Under the pieces are notes generated by a model, which was not told the origin of the DNA, ran no database searches, and saw only the letters and a program-made list of their open reading frames with translations. A stretch of 57,971 nt of DNA from Perkinsus chesapeaki ATCC PRA-425 (Eukaryota > Protista > Perkinsozoa), in the NCBI GenBank assembly GCA_013115145.1, contig JAAPAO010000172.1, positions 1 to 57,971 of the forward strand, read 5' to 3'. Shown here in pieces: positions 43,066 through 54,929 of this stretch. The position numbers were made by a program, and so were the translations under genes. Positions within the stretch are counted from its first letter, which is position 1, and each line of letters starts with the position of its first letter.

Positions 43066-44450
43066 CTACTTGCACTTTATTACGAAGTATAGGACGGTCG
43101 TAGCCCGCCGCCTAAGTCGGGTAGTTGTGGGACGAGCTTCCCCTTTTTCATGTTGAGCGGCATTCTTTAATGCGACCCTTTGCCTCCGATCACCACTGTG
43201 GAGGCTTCGGGTCATAATCCCCTCGGTTTCAATGACCTTCTGCAACTTGTGGAATGCTTGGGAAGTATCACTGATAAAACTCATCATCGTATAACTCAAT
43301 CTGTGTTATACTAGTTCGCCAGTCTGGTATACCATTGTCAGGCACGTCCCTGCCTCGAGGGACCCTTGGCTTTCGCTGTCGATGGGAGAATTCCGGTGCA
43401 GACTGACAAGCACCGGAGAGAGCAGTACAGCCAGCAGTAGCCTCGTCGGTGGAGGAGGAGAAGCGCCCAATAATGAATCACCGTCACGCGCCACGGAAAT
43501 GTGGTAGATCTGAGGTTGAGCGGTGTTGATGTCCTGGCATGGTCATCAGTGAACTCATTGAGATGATGATTATTATGTGCACCAGTTTCAAGTGTCACAT
43601 GTCGTAAATATCACTACTATCTTGATAGCATCAGTGTCGCTAGTATGTGTAGATGCTTTCTGTTGTTATTAGTCGATCAACTATCGATCCTACTAATACT
43701 TCTTTTGCTGCTGCCCTTCTTATGTACTTAGTCTTGCTATTATCATGTGTCAGTGGTAGTAGCACCATCTAATTGGGTGCTAGTGTTTCTGATCACATTG
43801 TACAGGTCCAGGTGATGATACAAACCTGGACCAATTATCGATCACGGCAACGACCAGCTCATCTTGCTGCGTATCTTTACACCTTCTCTATCTGCCAGTG
43901 CTGATTCTGCTCTTGTTGCTGCTGCTGGTTGTTGTTGTTTGTGATGCTGTTTGGAGACATCGTTGTTTCAGTGATTATTGTTGTTGCAGTAGTCATTCTT
44001 TGTTAAACCTGTTAGCGCGAGCTTCAGGCGTTAGTGTATGTGTCAGCCTATTAGACCGGGGCTCTATAGTAGTAGTAAAAAGAATAAGAATCATAAGTCA
44101 ACTCGTCTGGATTATGTAAACCTTTCCATAAGGATAATAATAATAATCATTAGTTGCTACTTAGTAGTAGTCAGTAGCTTCATTCTCATTACAATGTACT
44201 ATTACCAACAGTGGTGCATTTCTGTACGGCTACAGTGATACCGATTGTGGTGCCAGTACCCGCTTGCCAAGGTAAGTATCTTAAAATATTCCCAGTGCGC
44301 AACGCCTTTATTCAGAGAATATGCTATGGCAAGAGCTCGGAGAAGATTTACTTCACCATTAACGACCCTCATGTTTCCGCCTATCATCCCGTGCCATCTT
44401 GTGTTTTCACCAAATCGATCATCTGGGCGCGCGCGACTTGTATTGGTTGG
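43066..44450 (-). CDS. Possible hypothetical multi-exon gene
   Basis: Several short minus-strand ORFs with GT/AG boundaries. No recognisable domain and exon chain not resolved. Confidence 0.25.
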
Positions 44451-44493
44451 CATGTTTCTGGATTCTATCGCAGATCACTTGTTGTTATTGACA

Positions 44494-45041
44494 ATGTTGC
44501 GGGTGGCTGCTCGTGCTGCGATACGTCTTGGTGGGGCTCACGGCCGTGAGCTGCCCGAGTCTGTTGTTCTGCCTCATAATCAACAGAGGTAAGGATGGTA
44601 TCTTTAGGTCAGATTGAGCTCTCGTCCTGTAAACTGATTGACTTCAGATACGGCCGTTCTAAGAGCTACAACTACTTCACTTGTCTCTGGCATTTCCCTA
44701 AGATGGTGTTCACTGAGAAGTGGTGCTATACCAATATTATGTGGTTTGTCTGTAAGCTCGTTGATGGCCCCTCTGATAGTTAATGTCCCTGTCAGTTTGG
44801 ACCGGCTTCTGGTTCATCCCCAACTACATCTGGTGGGAGAGGCGCTATGCCTATCAGCAAGCTGGTTTCCACTGGGAACACACCAACAGGTCAGACTCAA
44901 CATGAGCAGCAGCAGTTGAGTAGTAATCAGTTTGTCGTGTGCAGGAAGCTTCAAGCTCGTAAGGAGGCTCTCGGCTTAGATAAGGTACCTGCAACCGGGA
45001 TGGACTGGCCGGGTGGCGTGATGCCAGCTAAGCAACAATAA
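44494..45041 (+). CDS. Small mitochondrion-targeted single-TM protein (4 exons), candidate respiratory-complex subunit
   Basis: MLRVAARAAIRLGGAHGRELPESVVLPHNQQR|YGRSKSYNYFTCLWHFPKMVFTEKWCYTNIMWFV|FWTGFWFIPNYIWWERRYAYQQAGFHWEHTNR|KLQARKEALGL...AKQQ*. Three in-frame GT-AG introns. Confidence 0.75.
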
Positions 45042-45329
45042 AGAGCTGGGAGAATATCATTATGTTGTTGTTACCATTGAACGTTAAGTTCACAGTACAG
45101 GCAGTGGATAGGCATTTATTGCAAGTCCTTGCCATACGGGAGTTAGGGTGGTGGTGGTTAACATGATAACAGTAGCTACTGATGCCGCCCATTGTAATGA
45201 GGTAGATATCATCACTCTTTTTGAAAGCCGCTGGCACTGTTGAGTTTGAAGGTCTTCAGTAGGGAAGTTGGATCAGATACCCCCACTGTGAGATTAACCC
45301 ATAGTCCACAGGTGTTGTTGGGGTTCGAA

Positions 45330-47216
45330 ATGGCAGACTCGGAAAAATTGGCTATTAGCAACGGGCCGTTACATTTGTCGGAGAATCTCTATCAAGTAGG
45401 ATAACGTATTCGAGCGCATTTGGGTAACGCATAACGATCAGTCGATACCGAATTATCATCTGATCGATGCTCTTCCGTTCATCGATCCCTTTGGTCAAGA
45501 GGATTTCGCCAGAGTCGAGGAAATGATACAGAAGGAGTTGGCGACATTTCGGCCCTCTCGGTAAGCTTACTCAGGCTGGTAAGTATGGCGATTGGGTAGG
45601 GCCAGATTATCAGGGACTATCTAGAACCGTTGCCGATGCCGGAATGCCCTTATTTGGACAAGAGTCCCTTTGTTAAGGAAGCCATGGAGAAGATTAAGGC
45701 GAATGGTGGAGAACTGCCGCGTGGAGGGCTCAGCGAAAAGGTAACAGGATGCGGGGTACTTTTATTGGTACTCCTGTGGCGGTTAGGTTGATCCAGCTGA
45801 TTATAGTAGGGCTCATCTGCCGCTACCATCACAGGCATCCTCAGTGGCGGCATGGGAGGAGTGCAGGGATAAAACAAAGGTAATAGAAGACCGTTGGGGT
45901 TTCAGTGGCTGTACTGCTTTGTACAATATACCATCACACTATTTATTAATGAGACCCTGCCATGTGCTCTCTGCTACCTTTACCGTATCAACCTGGGCTC
46001 TTCGTTATGATTCAGTGCCATTATTGGTACATTATTTATACATAATCATCTTGTACCGTATATATTATGTTATTTATTATTAATCTTCAGTAGTGCTTCT
46101 AACAAAGCTCATCTCCTCGTAGCTTTCGTTCTACTCTACCGCTATTATTATTTCAGATAAGTATATTCAATACGACCGAAAATAACGAGTACCTAGATGT
46201 GGCCACGAAGTACTCAGTTCCCCAGTGGATCCACGGCAAGCTTCAAGTCAGCCGCGCTTTCGCGAGCCCGACCACAGATGGGCCCTTCGCAGGTATCGGC
46301 GTTTGAGGAGTCCCTGGCCAAGAAGAGGAAAGCTTTGGCGAAGGAAGTGGAGGACATTCAGAAGCGGCGGAAGCTTGATCAGATGAGTCATGGAAATGTA
46401 ATTCCACCGCAGGCCTCGCACGGGGAGGGATTCAGTTTTCTGGTGTAGTAGTATCTCTACTGGGCGCTCCTAGTTCATTCAGAGAACTCCGGTATTGGTT
46501 TATTGGTAGATTGAGTCGAAATGGCTGTAGGCCGGGTTAGGCTTCTGTTGAATGCTTGCAAAGCCTAGCCAACTTATAAGTATCGGAATGCCCATCCTGG
46601 CGGCTTGGATGGCGCGCGTGGATCATCTAGATACACATTAGGCAGCCTTAAACATCCTATTTTCCATTTTCCTGACTGGGAGTATCTTTTATCCTTCGTG
46701 GGATACATCTCGGCTAGGGGCTTTCATTATGAAGCTGCTCAGGTGCTTCGTTCACTTCACCGGGAGCAAATGGAGTTTGAGACGAACAACTTTGAGACTG
46801 AGGTAGATGTCGGTCAACGGCAGTATATTGTCGTCGTGCAGTATCTCAATTATGTTAGTGTGCAGCAATGGCGATGGAGGCAGATTTGAGGAGGCTGAGG
46901 AAAGTCATTGAGAGTAATCAGGAGATTAAACAGAAGGTAACGAATAAGTGCACCAACAATCAATGTTCATATCGATCCCTCTGATGACAGCCTTACTTTT
47001 TTATATTCTTTTTTCATGTTCATAATGGTAGGTTTTGTCTTAGGTACCTGTGAACTTGCTGGAATCACTGAGCGAAGTGTTGGATGGTCCGCAGCAGGCA
47101 GGCGGTGCTGCCTCAGAGGAGACCTCTGCGTCCACTACTTAAACGATGTTTTCATTCCTACTTGTCAAGGCTTGTTGTTTTTCATTTTACAGCTCGATGT
47201 GGAATACGTTGGATAG
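45330..47216 (+). CDS. BCAS2: Pre-mRNA splicing factor SPF27/BCAS2 (3' end approximate)
   Basis: DALPFIDPFGQEDFARVEEMIQKELATFRP, DYLEPLP, AAWEECRDKTK, KALAKEVEDIQKRRKLDQ, LRSLHREQMEFETNNFETE. Confidence 0.85.
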
Positions 47217-47240
47217 TTTGATTCATAAACTGACATCTCT

Positions 47241-50200
47241 ATGACTTCATCATCATCCTCCTCGTCTCGACCGGTTCACGGAAGAGGCGCTCCGCCACTC
47301 GGAGATCTGAGGGAGGGCTCAGCACGGAGGCCTAGAGCTGGCAGTGTTGGCTCGCCCACTAATGCTAGTCGAAAGGATAGGGCCTATAATGAAGAGTAAT
47401 GTTGGGCGGAGCGAAGCTTTTTTGGTGTGCAGTACTAAAATTACTGTATATCAGGTACGAGGAGGCTATTGCCAACTTGGAGCACAGACCAGTGCCTGAC
47501 ATCACAGTTCCTTGGTAGGATATTATGGGGCAATACAGATCGATCAATTTTTCCGCTTAATATGGTCGAGCGACTTGGTTTAATGTTCTATTACTTTTGT
47601 TATAGTAGTTGTATTAAAATGTTCTATTTTTTGTCATAGTACTTATATTAGATTGTTCTATTATCTTTGTTATAGTACGTATATTAGAATGTTCTATTAT
47701 CTTTGTTATAGTACGTATATTAGAATGTTCTACTATCTTTGTTATAGTACTTANNNNNNNNNNNNNNNNNNNNNNNNNNNNNNNNNNNNNNNNNNNNNNN
47801 NNNNNNNNNNNNNNNNNNNNNNNNNNNNNNNNNNNNNNNNNNNNNNNNNNNTTATATTAGAATGTTCTATTATCTTTGTTATAGTACGTATATTAGAATG
47901 TTCTACTATCTTTGTTATAGTACTTCTATTAGAATGTTCTACTATCTTTGTCATAGTACTTCTATTAGAATGTTCTATTATCTTTGTTATAGTACTTATA
48001 TTAGACTGTTCTATTATCTTTGTTATAGTACGTATATTAGACTGTTCTACTATCTTTGTTATAGTACGTATATCAGACTGTTCTATTATCTTTGTTATAG
48101 TACGTATATTAGCTCTTCGTATGGTAAAACACTCAGTATCGAATAGAAGCGGATAAAATACTAACTATCGTCATATTGCGCATTCGGGCTGTAGCTGGGG
48201 GCGACGTAGATCCATCATAGGTTCTACGAGTCGCATAGTCTTTTCGTGTTGGGTGCGGCGATGGCGATCATCTACTATTACACGATTAAGCATGGGCAAG
48301 ATGCAGAGGGGAATGGTAGTATAAATAATACCAGCAAGTACCGATCTATTTCGTCAGATCTCACACAGAATCTAATAAGAGGCATTCCCTTCGTGGTGGC
48401 ACTGTATTTGGTGGTGGGCCTCTTTGCGTTCCCGAGCGGACCCTTCGTTAGGCCTCATCCGGCCTTCTGGAAAATAGTTTTTGGTAATGTGCTGGGAAAG
48501 GTGGAGTTGTTAAGGTCAGAAAACAGCGAGAGTTCGTTGCTCATCCATATCGGGAAATTTGGCTCTAAAGTGCCCCTTAGCCGGTGGAATAGGGAGTGTT
48601 GGTTTTCTCCATTGCGAGAAGCGCAGATTTAAGTATCTTTGTTATTGCTATGTGATGTAACAGTTGACAAGGCTTGTTGTTGCTTTACACTATAAAAGCT
48701 CCATCGGCAGCACACGCTGGCAATTTCTGACGTTATACCCATAGTTGACGTCCACGAGGATCGTTAGGCCGCCTGATACTGGTTGGTTCGCGATACCGCT
48801 CTACTACTCGGTGTACTAGTCCTTTCTATTATTAGGTTTAAACTTCCTTTATTTACTCTGTGTTGTGTGGGCGCTGTTCCTCACACCTGACCAGTTAAGA
48901 GGTGTCCTCCACGGTTTGGATCCCTCAATGGGAGAGTAATACCAATCCTTCCTCTTCATCCTCCTCCTCTTTATTATTATGATATCTCAGATGGCATCCC
49001 CTTCCCTCGTACGCTGAAGACTGTTCTCTTACCTGGGATAACGTCATGTCGAAGATGGACATGTAATAGGTCTATGCAGTTCGCAGTCTTGGATGGGTGT
49101 GTCGCTTTTAGATTTGTCATTGGCCACTTCTTCGGTTGGATTGTAAAGGGCCTTCTATTCCGCAATAGGATGTTCTGTTGGTTCTTCTCTATTGGCTGGG
49201 AGTTTGTGGAGAAGTCGCTTGGTAAGCCGGTTGCAGCATAGCCTGGTTATTGGTCTTACCACTTACTTGAATCGGCCCCGCGTATTTCCAGCAGAGCAAA
49301 GCCTGCTGGTTCCTTTCCTGGGATTCCCTTTCCCCAACGGAAGGCTTCAGTTAAATACTGCACTTCCGCTAAATTCGTACAGTGAAGCGGTTCTGCTGCC
49401 TTGCGACCGAGGGGTTAGTTTCGATTAGCATTGCCATCATTTCTTCAGTATTTGCCGTGCCTAATTTTGCCGAGTGCTGGTGGGACTCATGGATCATGGA
49501 TGTCCTCCTCTGCAACGGTATCGGTATCGAGATTGGTCTGTATCTTTGCAAGTGAGTCCTGGTCCCAGGTTCGATCCCGGCACTTGGCATTTTTCTCAGT
49601 TACCTCGAGTTTAAAGAGTACCATTGGTCCAGTATATTTGACGCCCCTACACTAGGAGCTAAAGTAGGAAGGCTGTCTATTCTTCTGTAAAGTTACTGGC
49701 TATCATTCTCAGCTGAAGAGATCGGTGATGCAGTTCACTCCAGAGTCGTGGATGCACGTCGAATGGGAGGATATGCTAACAGTGAAGAGGTGAGCGGGAT
49801 ACACGTGGCGCCCTACCTCTAAGCTCTCCTCGGCGGCGCTGTCTGATATACTCCAATCACTTGCTCATGGTGTAGGCCTTTGTGCCTATTATCATATGTT
49901 TGCTATTATAACGTAGCTCTCTACTCCGCACTCCGCGCGGTGATGTGCTGGGCATCTTGCTCTGCTGCCCATGTCATTAAGAGTGATGGACGGCTCAATA
50001 TGGATACACACTTTAACATCATTACCCGATTTGTCCATCTTCACCGTATATTTCCGGAATGTCCATCAGGTATTTTGGTATGCAGTTGATGATGTTGGTG
50101 TGCATGCTGGTTGATCTCAATCTATTCATGTTGAAACTGAACCTTTATATTCCCACCGAGCACCCCTTCGTCCTGGTACGTTCCCCACACGTGCCGTTTC

Positions 50201-50976
50201 TCTTGATTTTTTTTGTCACCTGCTAGGGTCGCCTTGCCCTTATGATACTAGCTGCCATCCCTACTGTTAGACAGTACTACATGTACATGCTGGATCCTAA
50301 GGTCACGAGACTCGGCACTCAGTGTTTGGTAAGGAAAAGGGAAAATGACAAAAGTGTTATCGCTGTTTGATTGCCATTCTGAGCGTTAGTCGGAGCATGA
50401 ACGTTATCTCGTGTGGATTAGCACATGAGAACCAAAGCGTACCTTGTTAAAGTCGTCTTATAATGTAACCCTTTCTTAATTGTCTGAAACACACAATCCA
50501 TTTTGCAGATAGAATACCGTAGAACATCTCCTTGAGCTTTCTCGTAGCGTCGGGCGGCGATGATGTCGTTGTTATGCCAGGTATTTTGCCTTACAATCAT
50601 GAGTGAAGACGTTCTTATCTGGAAGACCCTACCGGAGTTGCCTCCCGTCCCTAGGGAGAATAAGGTCCTAACCAGCGCTATCTTAGATTTCCAAATCTGC
50701 CATGTCTGGCATGCTACTCCATCACTGTAATTTACGGCCCCGCAACTTTAATAATCCACTAAGATACTTCGCGTTGTACATCTCATTCGATCGCGCCCTC
50801 TCTGTTTTTGCTGACTGTTAATGATTGCAGTATTCTTTATCAACTTGCAGCAACTCTGTTCCTTTCAGATTGGTTGGTGTGCCTTTATCGTCCTCTACAT
50901 CCTCTTTAGCATCTCTATGCTACTAAGGCGTGGCAAGCCCAGTCAGCCTGTGGATGATGGCAAGAAATCTCAATAG
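47241..50976 (+). CDS. PTDSS: Phosphatidylserine synthase (base-exchange PTDSS type), many exons
   Basis: DITVPW|[91 protein letters not shown]. Confidence 0.93.
47581..48112. repeat. 36-bp AT-rich minisatellite inside PTDSS intron 2, with N gap at 47754..47850
   Basis: Unit ATGTTCTA(T/C)TATCTTTGTTATAGTAC(G/T)TATATTAGA, head-to-tail with no spacers, degenerate at the left edge. Confidence 0.95.
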
Positions 50977-51526
50977 ACGGCTGCAGGGGTTGCCCAATGG
51001 GCTACCTATGGTGTTGTAGTAGTCATTTCGACTGTTTTACTAAATACTAAGATAAAGGATGTGACTTGAAATGATCGTCGGCATTGCGTTCGAAGTTTTG
51101 AGGGTAGTATCTGGTGGGGTCCTAGTTGTTTGTCTCTTTTCCTCGGAGTCCTCATTCCTTCTTCTGATGTCCTGCATTGCCTCGAATGTATGCCCGTCCA
51201 ACTTGGCTCCTGTGAAGGAAGTAGCAGACAAGAATGTAGGGGAGAAAATGGAGGTAGTAGTGCCATCCTGGGAAAGACAACAAATCCTGTGCGTGGAAGG
51301 TCAAATAGGGTGTCTATGAAATAGCCCTTTGGGGAGCCGTTTCGTAGTTATCCTATTTGAGGGAGTGGAAAAAGTAAAAGATTCTAGGCCGAATCCGCTC
51401 CCCTTAACAGAGCTGAGCTCTGTTGTAGTATCCGAAAAGTAGCATGTTTTACACTTTGCAATTACCGAGAGACGCGCCACACCGCGTTGTGGCGAATGTG
51501 TTCCACGTGTATGTCGGTTTTCACGT

Positions 51527-53560
51527 ATGTGTCAATGCGAAGCGCTTTCTGACTGTAACACTTGCCGGGTTTCCGTCTAATCACGCTGAAACTCTGTTGT
51601 TTAGGAGATCTATCCCACCGGTGGGGTAAGCTCCGTTGGAGTTACTGTGGCTTGCCTGTTGTACGTGTTCGTGCTGTCATAGATACGTGTTGGAGTCCTC
51701 GCTCTACAGGGTGCCTTTTCTGAGCATTGCATTGTACTTGGCAAACTCGACGTCAAAGGAGTTAAAATTACTCCTTGTGAGGTAGGACATTTCATGGCGC
51801 GCGGGAAATCCGGTATGTACTAGTAACCCCCAGGTACGTACATTGGCTGAGCTAAATGCGTGTGATGGGCTCATCATTCCTGGTGGGGAGTCGACGGCAA
51901 TGAAGATCATATCAGAGGGAGGGGAGGATGATATTATCGAAGGAATGCGGTAATAGGATCGGGCTTCGACCAGGCGGGATTGGAACTTCGATAACATTAC
52001 ACAACGTGGTCGACGTGGGCGGCGGATTGTAGAGCTCTTGTGTTGAGGCAGACATAGGGGTTACGCGAAGGTGATGGAGGTGGCGTTTAACTGGTGTGGA
52101 CTAGCAGGAGAGTAATTGGTAACTCATTTTAGACAGTTCGCTCTTTCCGGCCATCCAATCTGGGGCACCTGCGCTGGTACCATCCTTCTGGCCAAGACCG
52201 TTTGTCAGAGCTCAAGGGATGGTAGTGGTGCTATAGTGGAGCATACTGAATGCAAGTAAGGCAATGACAGTACCGTTAGTTAAGCCATCTATCCCTAATC
52301 AAGGCAGCAGCTCGCGCCTCTTAAGATCTTGGCACAGATCTACTAAGATCTTGACTGTTTCTTTGCGTATATGGAAGTACTAAGGCACATATAATAATAG
52401 GGATTATCTCGCACCCTTATGCTCTCCCTCTTTCGCCGTACAACGATGATGGTCCTGTAACATCCTGGAATAGTGTTACATAGTGCGTGTTGTAGGTATG
52501 GCAACCCCATCGGTGTTATGGACATCAGGGTATCTCGGAACTACTTTGGTCGCCAATTGAACTCCTTCGAGGCCACCATCGATGATGGATGCGTAAGTGG
52601 AGGCCCTCTAGATTAACTTGGAAGTCCGCCAGGGGTTTTTGATTCTTGTTATGATCAGGTGTTCGGCGGTGTGCCTGCGGTTTTCATAAGGGCTCCTGCG
52701 ATCCTCGATGTGGACCCTAAAAAGGTTACTGTCCTTGGTAAGATGGGGAGGGACAGTTCTGAAAAGTTACATGGCATGATTGTGGCTTTTACGCAGCTTT
52801 GCCACTGCGTGAGTGACCGTTGACCGGTGCAACCTTAATTAAAGTTATAAGAAATAGCTCCCATGGTCTCACCAGTAAATTGTACTGTATGAATCAACCT
52901 ATCTATGTTGGTCATTCTTACTGCCATATATTAAGTACCACCTCTTGGAGCCCATTCGAGTTGTTGGGTCATTAGTGTATAGCGATATAATATCGTGTAC
53001 CAATACGCGGTGTGATGTTTAGACTACAGAATATATAGGAAACATGAGCGTATGCATCATATAGCAGTGCAACCGCTTGATGCTAGCTCCCATGCTGCTT
53101 TGCTGTTAAATAGGAGTTTGATGTTGCATCTGGAAGTAATAGGTACCATCCACCATCCCTCTTTCGAAGGGCCACTGATATGCGCTGCCAAGGAGGAGAA
53201 TATGATGGTAACATGCTTCCATCCAGAGCTCACAGATGATCACACTGTACCGCGGCGGGAGGGGGTGTTGGCCACTTGAACTCTTCGGGCCTTCTGATAA
53301 GTGTATGGATGGAAATCGTACTACTCGGCATCTTCTGTTGCCTTCTCGCCGTCGCAAACTTCACTTCCCAGCCTCGGACGAATCAATAAAAATTTTATTT
53401 GGGAGTCCCCATTGGAGCTGCCACGAAGGGTATCTGTGAATAGAGGGGAACGAAGAATGAGTTGGTCGACATCGCGTTAAATTTATGGTCAACTTAGGTT
53501 CACATGTATTTCGTGAAAGAGTTCGTTGTACCTTACGTAGCCAAGAGTCATAGTCAATGA
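51527..53560 (+). CDS. PDX2: Pyridoxal 5'-phosphate synthase glutaminase subunit Pdx2/SNO (start approximate)
   Basis: IRVGVLALQGAFSEH, DGLIIPGGESTAM, PIWGTCAGTILLAK (Cys), MDIRVSRNYFGRQLNSFEA, AVFIRAPAI, VTCFHPELTDDH (His, Glu), VHMYFVKE...SQ*. Confidence 0.95.
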
Positions 53561-54029
53561 GCCGACGCTGGAGGCGCTAGTTCCTGTTAAAGAGTGTCAC
53601 TCTTGCTCCTTGTAGTGTCCCCAACTACACTGTCTTCTATCGCCTATCCCCTTGTTGTTGAGTTATTATCATCACAACGGCGGCGAGCCCGCCCCTGCTG
53701 GTGGAACCCAGTGGCATTTGAATGATGCCCCGTATTTTGTGGGTGGCCTCGTTCTGATGAAAATGTGAACTCTCCGGGAAACCGGTCGTGGGTCTTTTTC
53801 GACATACAAAATTTTACGAATAAAAATAACCTACAAGAATATGAACGTGGGTATATTGGCTACTACAGTGCACCCACTTCGACCATAGCAGGGGGCTCGA
53901 GTGTAGAAGAGAGGCTGTTTCATTACAAGCCGCGGGGAATGGTGTCTTAAATGGTAGGGTGGTATTTTTTGTACTCTTGTCTTCTCCCATCGACCAGAGT
54001 GAGACCAGCCCGCGTAACTGAGCCGCTCG

Positions 54030-54700
54030 ATGGCCGCATTATCGTTTATGTTGGCGGCGAGGCATGCCGCCATGACAGCTGGGGCCGGTCATCAAGAGCC
54101 TCTTCTTGGGGGACAGGATGCTGCGCATGGTAAGGCTGTCGGTCGCTCAGAATAATAAGCTCACATTTGTCAGGCCATGAACGGCCACCGGCTCCTCCAG
54201 ACCCGGACGCCCAGGCGAGGGAGATGCAGCGAATCACCAGTGCGGCGGCGAAGAAGACGTTACTTATATCGGCTATTATAATAGGCGCACTTTTCCTAGG
54301 TAGGCAAGGTCTACTTTGCTGCGTTCAGTGGGCGGTTATATTTAGCAAAGTGGACGATCCAGTTTGAGATACAAGGGCCAGTGCCGGATATATTGCAGCA
54401 CCCGGGATATCTCCGACGGTATGGTGAGAGCACTCGCTTGTCTGCTGCCGAGACTCGGCAACAAGACGTATCTTTGTTGTTGGATGGCCTTATCATCTGC
54501 CCTTAATCTCGCTCTTGGACTTGCCTTAGTTAAGTTGTTATTAAGATTGTTGTACAAACTTTACAGTGCCACAGTTGTGTATTATTAAAGAACCATTGCG
54601 GATCTCACCCTCGCAACTTTGTCGTGTTCAGTTTGATCAATTTGTTTAGGTCGGACAGTCGTGGTGGGCCATGTTTCAGGAGATAGCAAGTCTAGCATCA
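54030..54700 (+). CDS. Small hypothetical single-TM protein (3' end approximate)
   Basis: In-frame exons ...HQEPLLGGQDAAH|GHERPPAPPDPDAQAREMQRITSAAAKKTLLISAIIIGALFL|AKWTIQFEIQGPVPDILQHPGYLR. Confidence 0.5.
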
Positions 54701-54929
54701 AGTGCATTGTAGCTCATCTTATTCTAACTTATTGCATTACCGTTCGCGGATGTGTGCTAATATAAATTAGTTCCGTCGCTCTTCTGTTCAATATGGGACT
54801 AGGGTTGCTCCCATTATGTGAGACCTAGTGATGCCATTTACCTCCCTCTACCGTACCTTTACCCGGGAGGAAAGGAATAGACATTCGGCTGCCACATGTT
54901 ATATGATGATCAGTTGACTCCTAGGCAAA

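Noticed and set aside
47581-48112. 36-bp repeats as a CRISPR array
   Set aside because: Units are contiguous with no unique spacers, lie in a spliceosomal intron, and no cas genes are present.
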